Part shown: positions 19,558 to 28,633 of the stretch, piece by piece | How positions within the stretch are numbered: position 1 is the stretch's first letter | How the letters are laid out: each line of letters begins with the position of its first letter | NCBI GenBank assembly: GCA_963848295.1 | Contig: CAWKDB010000010.1 | Location: forward strand, 128,001 to 192,000 | Direction: 5' to 3' | DNA: 64,000 nucleotides | From: an uncultured delta proteobacterium | GTDB taxonomy: Bacteria; Myxococcota_A; Polyangia; Haliangiales; Haliangiaceae | Notes under the pieces: model-generated | Told to the model about the DNA's origin: nothing | Databases searched by the model: none | Seen by the model: only the letters and a program-made list of their open reading frames with translations | Position numbers and translations under genes: made by a program

Positions 19558-22254
19558 ATGCCTCGTTCGATCTGGGTCGCATGCATGTTGGCCGCGTGCG
19601 CGAGCTCGCCGCCGCCGACTCGCCCGGTGCCCGCGACCGCGCCGGTAGCCGCGCTTGATCCGACGATGCCGGCGCTCCGGTTGCCGCGGTATTTCACGCC
19701 GACTCGCTACGTCGCGACGCTCGCGATCGATCCCGCGGCGCCGACGTTTCACGGCCACATCGAGATCACCGGCGCGCTGGCGCAACGCGCCGCCGTGATC
19801 TGGCTGCACGGCGAGCACCTCGCGATCGCGGATGCGACGATCTCGAACGGACGCGATCGGGTGGCGGCGACGGTGACGGCGCGCGGCGACGATCTGCTCG
19901 AGGTCCGGCCCGCGACGCCGCTCGAAGCCGGGCCGTGGACGGTCGCGATCACCTATGACGGCACGATCGTCGACCCCGGCTACGTCGGCGCATTCCGCTC
20001 GCGCATCGGCAACGACGCGTACGTCGCGACCCAGTTCGAGTCGACGACCGCGCGCCTGGTGTTTCCGTGCATCGACGAGCCCGATCGCAAGACCGTGTGG
20101 CAGCTCTCGCTCGACGTGCCCGCGAGCCTCGTCGCGGTGTCGAACACGCACATCGTCGCGCGCACCCCGCTCGGCGACGGCAAGGTCCACGTCGAGTTCG
20201 CGCCGACCCGGCCGCTGCCGAGTTACCTCGTCGCCTTCGCGGTCGGCCCGTACGACGTCGTCGACGCCGGCAGGAGCAAGAGCGGGCTACCGATCCACGT
20301 CTACGCGATGCGCGGCGAGGCCGCGCGCGTGGCGGTGATGGTCGAGGTCATGCCGAAGATCGTCGACGCGCTCGAGGCGTGGTTCGGCACGAAGTTCCCG
20401 TACGACAAGCTCGATCTCGTCCCGGTCCCGTCGCTGCGCGGTGCGGCGATGGAGAACGCCGGGATGATCGTCGCGGACTGGCGCGACTTCGAGACCGATC
20501 CTGCGCATCCGTCTGCGCTCGCCCGGCACGACATCGTGAACCTGTTCGGCCACGAGACCGCGCACCAGTGGTTCGGTGATCTCGTCACCGCCGCGTGGTG
20601 GGACGACCTCTGGCTCAACGAGAGCTTCGCGACGTGGATGGAACCGAAGGTCGAAGAGGCGATCGATCCGTCTTGGCACTCGGTCGACGAGTACGTCGTC
20701 ATGCGTAACAACGCGTTCAACCTCGACCGGCTCGTCAGCGCGCGCAAGATTCGCCAACCGATCGTCAGCGCCGCCGACATCCACAACGCGTTCGACGCGA
20801 TCACGTACCCCAAGGGCGGCGCCGTCTTGCGGATGTTCGAGCTCGCGATCGGCCCGGACGTCTTCCAGCGGGGCATTCGCGCCTATCTCGCGAGTCACGC
20901 CGATGGCAACGCGACGGTCGTCGATCTCATCGCCTCGCTCGAGCATGCCGCCGGCGCTCCGATCGGCCCGGCGCTGTCGACGTTCGTCGATCAACCCGGC
21001 GTGCCCACGCTCGAGATGACGCTCGCATGCGGCGACGGACCGCCGAAGCTGCGCATCACGCAGCATCGCGACCTGCTCGCCGGGTCTCCCGCGCCGAGCT
21101 CGCCGAGTGTGCCGTGGCAAGTCCCGGTGTGCGTCGCGTTCCCGCGCGCCGACCATTCGCGCGGTCGCAGTTGTACGACGTTGACCGGACCGAGCGGTGA
21201 GCTCGCGCTCGATACGACGGGCTGCCCGGCGTGGATCCTGCCGAACGCCGCGAATGGCTACTACCGATCTGCGCTCGCCCCTGCGCTGGTCACGGCGCTC
21301 CGCGATCTGGCGTGGCCGCAGCTGACGATGCCCGAGAAGCTGATCGTGCTCGAAGATGCGCGCGCCGCAGCGCTCGACGGCACGCTGCCCGTCGCAGTGC
21401 TCGGCTCGTTGGTGCCCAAGATGCTCGAGACTCGCGACCGGTTTGCGGTGGCGGCGGCGTTGGGCGACGTCGAGCTGCTCGGCTGGGTCCGCGGCCTACC
21501 CGCCGGCCTCGCCGAAGCGACTCCAGATGACCTGCGAGCTGTGCAGCGTGCGAAGGTGCGCGCGTCGATCGCGCCCCTGGTCAAGCAACTCGGCCTGGTC
21601 GCCTCGGCTCACGACGATGTCGACGCCGAGATGAACCGGCGCAGCGTGCTCGCGACCGCCTTGCTCGTGGGCGAACCGGCGAGCGAAGCGGCCGCGACCC
21701 GACGGATCGAGCACTATCGCGAGCTGCCGCACTCGAGCCGCGCGATCATCCTCGGCCTCGCCGCGAACGCGAGCCCGGCGATCGATGCGCGCCTGCGCGC
21801 CGACGCGGTCCACGAGACCGACCCGCTCGTGCGCCAAGATCTGTGGATGGCGGTGGGCGCGGTGCGCGACCCGAAGCGACGCGCCACGTTGCTCGCGCTC
21901 GTGCTCGGTCCCGACACGACCTCGGAGGATAGCTACCCGCTGTTGTTCGACCGCGATCCCGACGTCCGTGCCGAGACGGCCGCGTGGTTGCGCGCTCACG
22001 TCGCGGAGGTCTTGAAGCGGTTCCCGGCGAGCGCGGATGAAGACTTCCCGAGAGCACCGGGGCTGGCGGAGATCTTCACCCGAGCCTGCGACGCGGCACA
22101 TCGCGACGACATCGCGCGCTACGTGACAGCGACCTTCGGTTCGCTCGCGAACGGCGCACGGCCGGTCGCCCAGTTCGTCGAGCAGATGGACCAATGCATC
22201 GCGACCAAGCGCCGGCTCGACGCGAGCTTCCGCGCCTGGCTCGGAGCCAAGTGA
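19558..22254 (+). CDS. M1 family aminopeptidase, lipoprotein, ERAP1-like C-terminal domain
   Basis: TQFE, AAMENAG, HETAHQWFG-LWLNES, YPKGG. Confidence 0.95.
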   Translation: MPRSIWVACMLAACASSPPPTRPVPATAPVAALDPTMPALRLPRYFTPTRYVATLAIDPAAPTFHGHIEITGALAQRAAVIWLHGEHLAIADATISNGRDRVAATVTARGDDLLEVRPATPLEAGPWTVAITYDGTIVDPGYVGAFRSRIGNDAYVATQFESTTARLVFPCIDEPDRKTVWQLSLDVPASLVAVSNTHIVARTPLGDGKVHVEFAPTRPLPSYLVAFAVGPYDVVDAGRSKSGLPIHVYAMRGEAARVAVMVEVMPKIVDALEAWFGTKFPYDKLDLVPVPSLRGAAMENAGMIVADWRDFETDPAHPSALARHDIVNLFGHETAHQWFGDLVTAAWWDDLWLNESFATWMEPKVEEAIDPSWHSVDEYVVMRNNAFNLDRLVSARKIRQPIVSAADIHNAFDAITYPKGGAVLRMFELAIGPDVFQRGIRAYLASHADGNATVVDLIASLEHAAGAPIGPALSTFVDQPGVPTLEMTLACGDGPPKLRITQHRDLLAGSPAPSSPSVPWQVPVCVAFPRADHSRGRSCTTLTGPSGELALDTTGCPAWILPNAANGYYRSALAPALVTALRDLAWPQLTMPEKLIVLEDARAAALDGTLPVAVLGSLVPKMLETRDRFAVAAALGDVELLGWVRGLPAGLAEATPDDLRAVQRAKVRASIAPLVKQLGLVASAHDDVDAEMNRRSVLATALLVGEPASEAAATRRIEHYRELPHSSRAIILGLAANASPAIDARLRADAVHETDPLVRQDLWMAVGAVRDPKRRATLLALVLGPDTTSEDSYPLLFDRDPDVRAETAAWLRAHVAEVLKRFPASADEDFPRAPGLAEIFTRACDAAHRDDIARYVTATFGSLANGARPVAQFVEQMDQCIATKRRLDASFRAWLGAK

Positions 22255-22842
22255 TCACGGCGGAGCCAGCACCGTCACGAGCGTCGGGCCGAGCCGATCG
22301 ATCGCGACCGGTAGCTCGAGCTCGAATGCAGTCGCGAGCCCGAGCGCGGTGACGACGAGCAGATCGCCGAGGGCGCGACTGTCGAGATCAGCGCGCAATG
22401 TCCCGGCCTCTCGATCGTGCTCGAGCGCGAGCGCGAGCCGATCGCGCGCGTGCAACAGCAGGCCGCGATACGCGTCGCCGACCTTGGTCGACCGCCGACA
22501 CGCATCGAGCACGTGCTGCATGCGCAAGCCGCGGCCTCCGAAGACCACAGGCGAACGCGCGCTCGCCGCCGCGAAGTACAGCTGGATCACGCGCTGGATC
22601 CCGGCGGTCGGCACCGCGGTGAGCGCCGCGACGAACCCGGTCAACAACTGATCCATCACCGCGATGATGAAGTCGTTGCGATCGGCGAAGTGGACATAGA
22701 ACGCGCCTCGCGTCACCCCGGCCCGCTCGCAGATCGCATCCAGGCTGACATCGAGCCCCTCGCCGTCGAACGCCGCGATGCCCGCGCGGATCAGCGCCGC
22801 ACGCGTGGCGGCCTTGGCCTCGTCGCGCGACGGCTTGGCCAT
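22255..22842 (-). CDS. TetR/AcrR family transcriptional regulator
   Basis: SLDAICERAGVTRGAFYVHF HTH; start chosen at MAKPSR (22878 possible). Confidence 0.92.
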   Translation of the reverse strand: MAKPSRDEAKAATRAALIRAGIAAFDGEGLDVSLDAICERAGVTRGAFYVHFADRNDFIIAVMDQLLTGFVAALTAVPTAGIQRVIQLYFAAASARSPVVFGGRGLRMQHVLDACRRSTKVGDAYRGLLLHARDRLALALEHDREAGTLRADLDSRALGDLLVVTALGLATAFELELPVAIDRLGPTLVTVLAPP

Positions 22843-22871
22843 GGACTTGCGGGGGCGGCTGCGCATTTCGT

Positions 22872-22924
22872 TTGACATACCACTTCGTATGTGGGAATCC
22901 AAGCCCACATACGAAGCCGTATGT
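22872..22924. promoter_or_regulatory. Twin palindromic operators in tetR/SDR divergent promoter
   Basis: ACATAC-N6-GTATGT at 22875-22892 and 22907-22924; TTGACA at 22872-22877 overlaps the first. Confidence 0.85.
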
Positions 22925-22942
22925 GAGATCAGGAGCCGGTAC

Positions 22943-23824
22943 ATGACCTCGTTCATCCTCGTCACTGGAGCCAGCTCGGGCATCGGCCGCGACGCCACGC
23001 TCGCGCTCGCCCGCCTGGGTCACCACGTCATCGCCACCGGTCGCCGTATCGCGGCGGTCGAGGCGTTGTGCGCGCGGGCCGCGCCCGGCCGGATCACGCC
23101 GCTTCATCTCGACCTCGACGATCCGGCGAGCATCGCGGCTGCGGCGACCGAGGTCGAGCGGATCACCGCCGGCTACGGGCTCGACGTGCTCGTCAACAAC
23201 GCGGGGTTCGCGACCGCCGGCGCGCTCGCCGAGCTGTGCGATGCGGATCTGCGCAAGCAGTTCGAGACCAACGTGTTCGGGCTGATGGCGATCACGCGCG
23301 CGATATTGCCGGCGATGATCGCGCGCGGCCGCGGGCGCGTGATCAACGTGTCGAGTGTGAGCGGCCTCATCCCGGCGCCGGTGCTCGGCGCGTATCACGC
23401 GAGCAAGTACGCGCTCGAAGCGCTCTCGGATGCGCTGCGCATGGAGCTCCACCCGTTCGGTGTTCAGGTCGCGATCGTCGAGCCGGGGACGATCCGGACC
23501 GAGTTCGCGTCGCGGACGCTCGGCGAGGCCACGCGATCGCGCACCGCTGGTAGCCGCTACGCCGCGGTCTACGCGCGCGCGGGCTCGATCGAAGCGAAGT
23601 TCGATCGGATCGCGAGCACGACCGCGCCGGTCGTTCGCGCGATCGTCCATGCGGCGACCACGCGCCGCGCGCGTCGTCGCTACATCGCGCCGCGACGGTT
23701 CGCGCTCGGCGTCGCGCTCGTCCGGATCTTGCCGATGTGCTGGTTCGACGCCGCGATGCGCCGGATCTTTGGCCTGACGCGCGCGGGCTTGCTGCCGCCG
23801 CCTACGCCGCGCCAGCTCGTGTGA
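22943..23824 (+). CDS. SDR family oxidoreductase
   Basis: AGGAG RBS; TGASSGIG, NNAG, YHASK. Confidence 0.95.
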   Translation: MTSFILVTGASSGIGRDATLALARLGHHVIATGRRIAAVEALCARAAPGRITPLHLDLDDPASIAAAATEVERITAGYGLDVLVNNAGFATAGALAELCDADLRKQFETNVFGLMAITRAILPAMIARGRGRVINVSSVSGLIPAPVLGAYHASKYALEALSDALRMELHPFGVQVAIVEPGTIRTEFASRTLGEATRSRTAGSRYAAVYARAGSIEAKFDRIASTTAPVVRAIVHAATTRRARRRYIAPRRFALGVALVRILPMCWFDAAMRRIFGLTRAGLLPPPTPRQLV

Positions 23825-23887
23825 TCTCGGCCCGAATCCGGCGCAGGCTCGGCTCGAGCTCGACCGACGCTGTTACCATCGCCGGCG

Positions 23888-24478
23888 ATGAACCGGTGGC
23901 TCGTTCCGATCGTGCTCGCGCTCGCGAGCTGTGCTTCGACCATGACCCGCGGCGGCGGCGGCGGCGGCTACACCGACGTCACGGTCGGCGGAGGTCCGAC
24001 CGTCCCGTCCGACACCCAGATCGTCATGCCGAACCTGGTCGGCAAGACCTTCGACGAGGCGGTCAAGCTCTGCAAAGCGGCCGGCTTCGTGCTGCCGCCG
24101 GAGACCGGTCGGGCGCCCGATTGCGACGAGAGCGCACCGAAGGTCGACGGCAAGATTCGCTGCCAAGATCCCGACGCCGGAGCCAAGGTCGGATCGCACG
24201 CGCTGATCGAGCTCAGCATCTACAAGACTCCGCCGCGCACCAACATCTCCGCGGAGGAGGCTGATTCGCTGATCGGCAAGATGCCCGACGTCGGCAAGAA
24301 GATGCTCGCCGGCTGGGGCTTCCGCGGAAAGATCCGCACGCAGAGCGCGGGCACCGGCAACCGCCGCTGTAGCGCCGGCCAGATCTGCGAGATCATGCCG
24401 TCCGCGCCGTTCGGCCTCGATGAAGAAATCTCGTTCGCCATCGCAGACGCGCTCAAGATCACCGCGCCCCCGCCATAA
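23888..24478 (+). CDS. PASTA domain lipoprotein
   Basis: Lipobox LASC; MPNLVGKTFDEA...QDPDAG and a second SLIGKM repeat. Confidence 0.8.
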   Translation: MNRWLVPIVLALASCASTMTRGGGGGGYTDVTVGGGPTVPSDTQIVMPNLVGKTFDEAVKLCKAAGFVLPPETGRAPDCDESAPKVDGKIRCQDPDAGAKVGSHALIELSIYKTPPRTNISAEEADSLIGKMPDVGKKMLAGWGFRGKIRTQSAGTGNRRCSAGQICEIMPSAPFGLDEEISFAIADALKITAPPP

Positions 24479-24493
24479 TTTCAGCTACCTACC

Positions 24494-24545
24494 TGGGGAC
24501 GGTGTTCACTTTGACAACCGGTTGTCAAAGTGAACACCGTCCCCA
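24494..24545. repeat. Perfect 52-bp palindrome, REP/REPIN-like copy 1
   Basis: TGGGGACGGTGTTCACTTTGACAACC immediately followed by its exact reverse complement. Confidence 0.9.
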
Positions 24546-24593
24546 CCGTAACCGATCAGGCGTCAGGCTCGTAGTACAGGGCAGGAGGTCGTC

Positions 24594-25142
24594 ATGTTGT
24601 CTCGGCTCACCATCGCTACCCTCGCCGCCCTTGGTTTCGCGTGTGGTTCGCCATACGCCGACGCGGACACCAGCAAGGCCGCCCTGACCGTGCATCCGAT
24701 GCGCACGCAGAAGCCGTCCGATGAGGTGATCCGCAGGGAGCTCAACGACCTGCAATACGACGTCACGCAACGCGATGGCACCGAGCCGCCGTTTCACAAC
24801 GCGTATTGGGATAACCACGCCGCCGGCATCTACGTCGACATCGTGACCGGCGAGCCGCTGTTCAGCTCGACGAACAAGTTCGACTCGGGGACCGGGTGGC
24901 CGAGCTTCTATCAAACGATCGGCCCGAACGTGCTGCAAGAGAAGCACGACGGCACGCACGGCATGGATCGCGAAGAGGTCCGCAGCAAGATCGGCAACTC
25001 GCACCTCGGCCACGTGTTCGACGACGGCCCGCGACCGACCGGGTTGCGCTACTGCATCAACTCGGCGGCGATCCGGTTCGTGCCAGTCGACCAGCTCGCG
25101 GCGCAGGGCTACTCGCAGTACGCGTCGCTGTTCAAGAAGTAA
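24594..25142 (+). CDS. msrB: Peptide-methionine (R)-S-oxide reductase, exported
   Basis: [44 protein letters not shown]-terminal signal with LGFAC. Confidence 0.97.
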   Translation: MLSRLTIATLAALGFACGSPYADADTSKAALTVHPMRTQKPSDEVIRRELNDLQYDVTQRDGTEPPFHNAYWDNHAAGIYVDIVTGEPLFSSTNKFDSGTGWPSFYQTIGPNVLQEKHDGTHGMDREEVRSKIGNSHLGHVFDDGPRPTGLRYCINSAAIRFVPVDQLAAQGYSQYASLFKK

Positions 25143-25203
25143 GCAACCGACCGGTGGGCGGCCGCGCGCAACCCGCCGCGCCCGGCTACAATCAGGGTCG
25201 GAG

Positions 25204-26982
25204 ATGGGCCGCGCGAATGACTCGGGCGCTTCCGACAGGGATGCCGGGTCGCGCCGTCCGGCGACCGCAGACCCGACGGTCCACGATCGCCCCGCAAGCG
25301 AGCTCGGCGCGACCGATGCAGATGCCGTCGTGCCCGATCGCGAGACGATCGTCGACCGACCTCGCAGCACCGCGCCGATCACGCCGTCCTCGGCCGCTGC
25401 GAGCTCGCGCGCGAGCCCAGTGCCGGCGACCGCGATCGCGACCGCCGCGGATGCGATGCACGACGAAGAGGTGTTTCGGCTCCGCCTGTTCATCCGCATC
25501 GGTTGGCTCGCGAGCATCGCCGGCCTCGCCGCGGTTCCGTTCGTCGCGGGCGAGCCTCACGTCACGGTCGCGTACATCGCGGCGCTCGTGATCGGCATGA
25601 TCGTCAGCTTCTACTACCACCAGGCGTTTCGCGATCCGCGGCGCTACACCGACCGGTCGATGGGCGTGCTCGGTGTCATGTCGATGTTCAACTCGCACGT
25701 CGCGATCCTGTTCTTCGGCGCATTCACGATGGCGCCGCTGCTCGGCGTCGTCGGCTTGCACTTCATCGGGCGCAGCGAGCTCGCGTCGCGACGAGCGGTG
25801 TACCTGACCGCCGCGTTGTCACACGGCGCGATCGCGATCGGCCTGATCGTGTTCGCGTTGCCCGATCCCGGGGTGTTCGCGACCGCGCGGCCGCTCGGGG
25901 CGAGCAGCTACTTGATCGCCGCGCTCTACGTCCAAGCCGCGTACGCGCTCGCCTACGCGACCGGCAAGATCCAGCGCCAGGTCTCGTTGCGATCGATCGG
26001 CCAGCTGCAACGAGCGACTCGGATCGCGTCGCAACGCGCCGCCTTGCTCGATGAGCTGCGCGCGGATCTCGAGCGCGCGCAGCATGCCGACGCGGGCCGC
26101 TATACCGGCCAGATCCTCGGCGGCTACAAGCTCGGGAGCATCATCGGCCGCGGCGCGCACGGCGAGGTCTACGACGCGCTCCACGTGGACACCGACGCGC
26201 CTGCCGCGGTCAAGCTGCTGCACCGCGAGCACCTCGCCGACCCGACGACGGTGGCGCGCTTCGTTCGCGAGGTTCGCGCGACCGCCGCGGTCAGCTCTCC
26301 GCACATCGTGCGCGTGCTCGCGACGAGCGAGGCCGAGGCCGCGCTGCCGTTCCTCGCGATGGAGAAGCTCGACGGCGCGACGCTCGCCGAGAAGTTACGC
26401 CGCACCCCCACGCTCCCCGCCGACGACGTGCTCGCGCTCGTCACGCAGGTCGGCGCCGCGATCGACGACGCCACCGCCACCGGGGTCGTTCACCGCGATC
26501 TCAAGCCGCAGAACCTGTTCGTCGCCGGCACGAGCTGGAAGGTGCTCGACTTTGGCGTCGCCGCGCTCGGCGAGCAGACCGGTACGCTGACTCGCGGCGG
26601 CATCGTCGGCACGCCTCACTACATGGCGCCCGAGCAAGCGCGCGGCGCCGCCGTCGACTACCGCGCCGACCTCTACGCGCTCGGCGCGATCGCGTATCGC
26701 GCGCTCACCGGTCGCAACCCGTTCGCGGGCAGCGACACGCCGACGATCCTCTACGCGGTGGTCCACACGATGCCGGTCGCGCCGTCGACGCTCGCCGAGC
26801 TGCCCGCCGATGTCGATCGCTGGGCCGCACTCGCACTCGCGAAGAATCCCGCCGATCGGTGGCAATCGGGCGCCGCGCTCGCGACTCATCTCCGCGCCGC
26901 GCTCGCCGGCACCCTCGATGCGGAGTCGATCGCCGCGGCCGCGCGCGTGCTGGCGGCGGCGCCGTGGCGGAGCGCGACGTGA
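25204..26982 (+). CDS. Multi-TM membrane protein with C-terminal Ser/Thr kinase (paralog 1)
   Basis: About 6 TM segments, then IGRGAHGEV, HRDLKPQN, DFG, MAPE. Confidence 0.93.
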   Translation: MGRANDSGASDRDAGSRRPATADPTVHDRPASELGATDADAVVPDRETIVDRPRSTAPITPSSAAASSRASPVPATAIATAADAMHDEEVFRLRLFIRIGWLASIAGLAAVPFVAGEPHVTVAYIAALVIGMIVSFYYHQAFRDPRRYTDRSMGVLGVMSMFNSHVAILFFGAFTMAPLLGVVGLHFIGRSELASRRAVYLTAALSHGAIAIGLIVFALPDPGVFATARPLGASSYLIAALYVQAAYALAYATGKIQRQVSLRSIGQLQRATRIASQRAALLDELRADLERAQHADAGRYTGQILGGYKLGSIIGRGAHGEVYDALHVDTDAPAAVKLLHREHLADPTTVARFVREVRATAAVSSPHIVRVLATSEAEAALPFLAMEKLDGATLAEKLRRTPTLPADDVLALVTQVGAAIDDATATGVVHRDLKPQNLFVAGTSWKVLDFGVAALGEQTGTLTRGGIVGTPHYMAPEQARGAAVDYRADLYALGAIAYRALTGRNPFAGSDTPTILYAVVHTMPVAPSTLAELPADVDRWAALALAKNPADRWQSGAALATHLRAALAGTLDAESIAAAARVLAAAPWRSAT

Positions 26983-27016
26983 GGTCGCCGCTCGAACGAT
27001 TCGCGGAGATCGCGTA

Positions 27017-28633
27017 GTGGCAACCGGGGTCACGAGCGAGCGCAGCGTCATCACGCCGCAGCGCACGACCGCGCTGACGACCGCCGCGGATGCGCTGCGC
27101 GACGAGGAGGTCGATCGCACGCGCGGCTTCATCCGGCTCGGCTGGGCGATCGCGGCGTGCTCGATCCTCGCGACGCTCGCGCTTCCCGGAGATCCGCACC
27201 TCGGCCATGCGCTCGCGCTCGCGATCACCGCGACCGCCGTCGCTTCGGTCGGGGTCTACGTCCGGTTGCGCGATGCCAGCTCGCTCAGCTCTCCGCTGAT
27301 GAGCGCGCTCGCGCTCGCGTGCTGTGGCTGCGGCTTCCTCGCGGTGCTGTACACCGGCCTGTTCGGCGGCGCCCCGCTGATGATCGCGCTCGGCGTGTAC
27401 TTCTTCTGCCGGACCGAGAACCGCGTCGCGGCGATCGCGATCTACGTCGTCGTCATCGCGAGCTACGCCGGGTTCGCCGCGCTCGTCATCTCCGGCGCCG
27501 TGCGCGACCCGGGCCTCGCGCCGATCAAGCCCACCGTCAGCGTGGAGGCGATGATCGCCGGCCATCTGTGCGCGCAGGTCGGCTACGCGATGGCGTTCTG
27601 GCTCGCACGCTCGACTCGCGCGGCGTCGTTGCGCTCGATCGACCAGCTCCAGCAGGCGACCCGGCTCGCCGCGATGCGCCTCGCCCAGCTCGACGAAGCG
27701 CGCGACGACCTCGACCGCGCGCTCAAGGTCGGTGGCCCCGGTCAGTTCACCGGCGCCGTGGTCGGCAGCTGGGAGCTCGGCTACGTGCTCGGTCGCGGCG
27801 GCATGGGCGAGGTCTACGAAGCGACGAACGTAGACAACTCCGCGCCGGCCGCGGTCAAGCTGTTGCGCCGCGAGCTGATGATCGATCGCATGCACGTCGA
27901 GCGGTTCTTGCGCGAGGTGCGCGCCGCGAGTGCGCTCGATTCGCCGAACGTCGTCCGCGTGCTCGAGGCCTCGCGCCCGGATGATCTCGTCGCGTTTCTC
28001 GCGATGGAGCACCTGCGCGGCGACACGCTCGCGGGCCTGTTGCGCGGCGCCGGCACGCTCGCGCCGGACATGATCGTCGGCTTGGTCGACCAGCTCGCGT
28101 CGGTGCTCGAGCTCGCCCGGGCCGCCGACATGGTTCATCGCGACGTCAAGCCGCCGAACATCTTCCGCACCCAAGACGGCACGTGGAAGCTGCTCGACTT
28201 CGGCGTCGCCGCGCTCGGCGACACGACCGGCACGCTGACCCACGGCGGCGTGATCGGGACGCCCGGCTACATGGCTCCCGAGCAAGCGAAGGGCGAGACC
28301 GTCGACTACCGCGCGGATCTCTACGCGCTCGGCGCGGTCGTCTATCGCTGCCTGACCGGCCGCCAACCGTTCACCGGCAGCGATCCGGCCGCGATGCTGT
28401 ACGCGATGGTCCACGACATGCCGCCGCAGCCGAGCACGCTCGCGCGGGTCGGTCGCGACGTCGAGCGCTGGCTCGCGATCGCGCTCGCGAAGAAGCGCAC
28501 CGATCGGTTCCAGAGCGCCGCCGCGTTTGCGACCGCGTTGCGACTCGCGCTCGCGAACAAGCTGCCCGCCGGGGAACGGGCGGCGGCCGACGCTTTGCTC
28601 CGCGCGGCGCCATGGCATGCTGCGCGCACATGA
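27017..28633 (+). CDS. Multi-TM membrane protein with C-terminal Ser/Thr kinase (paralog 2)
   Basis: Same architecture; LGRGGMGEV, HRDVKPPN, DFG, MAPE; GGAGA RBS before GTG. Confidence 0.92.
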   Translation: MATGVTSERSVITPQRTTALTTAADALRDEEVDRTRGFIRLGWAIAACSILATLALPGDPHLGHALALAITATAVASVGVYVRLRDASSLSSPLMSALALACCGCGFLAVLYTGLFGGAPLMIALGVYFFCRTENRVAAIAIYVVVIASYAGFAALVISGAVRDPGLAPIKPTVSVEAMIAGHLCAQVGYAMAFWLARSTRAASLRSIDQLQQATRLAAMRLAQLDEARDDLDRALKVGGPGQFTGAVVGSWELGYVLGRGGMGEVYEATNVDNSAPAAVKLLRRELMIDRMHVERFLREVRAASALDSPNVVRVLEASRPDDLVAFLAMEHLRGDTLAGLLRGAGTLAPDMIVGLVDQLASVLELARAADMVHRDVKPPNIFRTQDGTWKLLDFGVAALGDTTGTLTHGGVIGTPGYMAPEQAKGETVDYRADLYALGAVVYRCLTGRQPFTGSDPAAMLYAMVHDMPPQPSTLARVGRDVERWLAIALAKKRTDRFQSAAAFATALRLALANKLPAGERAAADALLRAAPWHAART

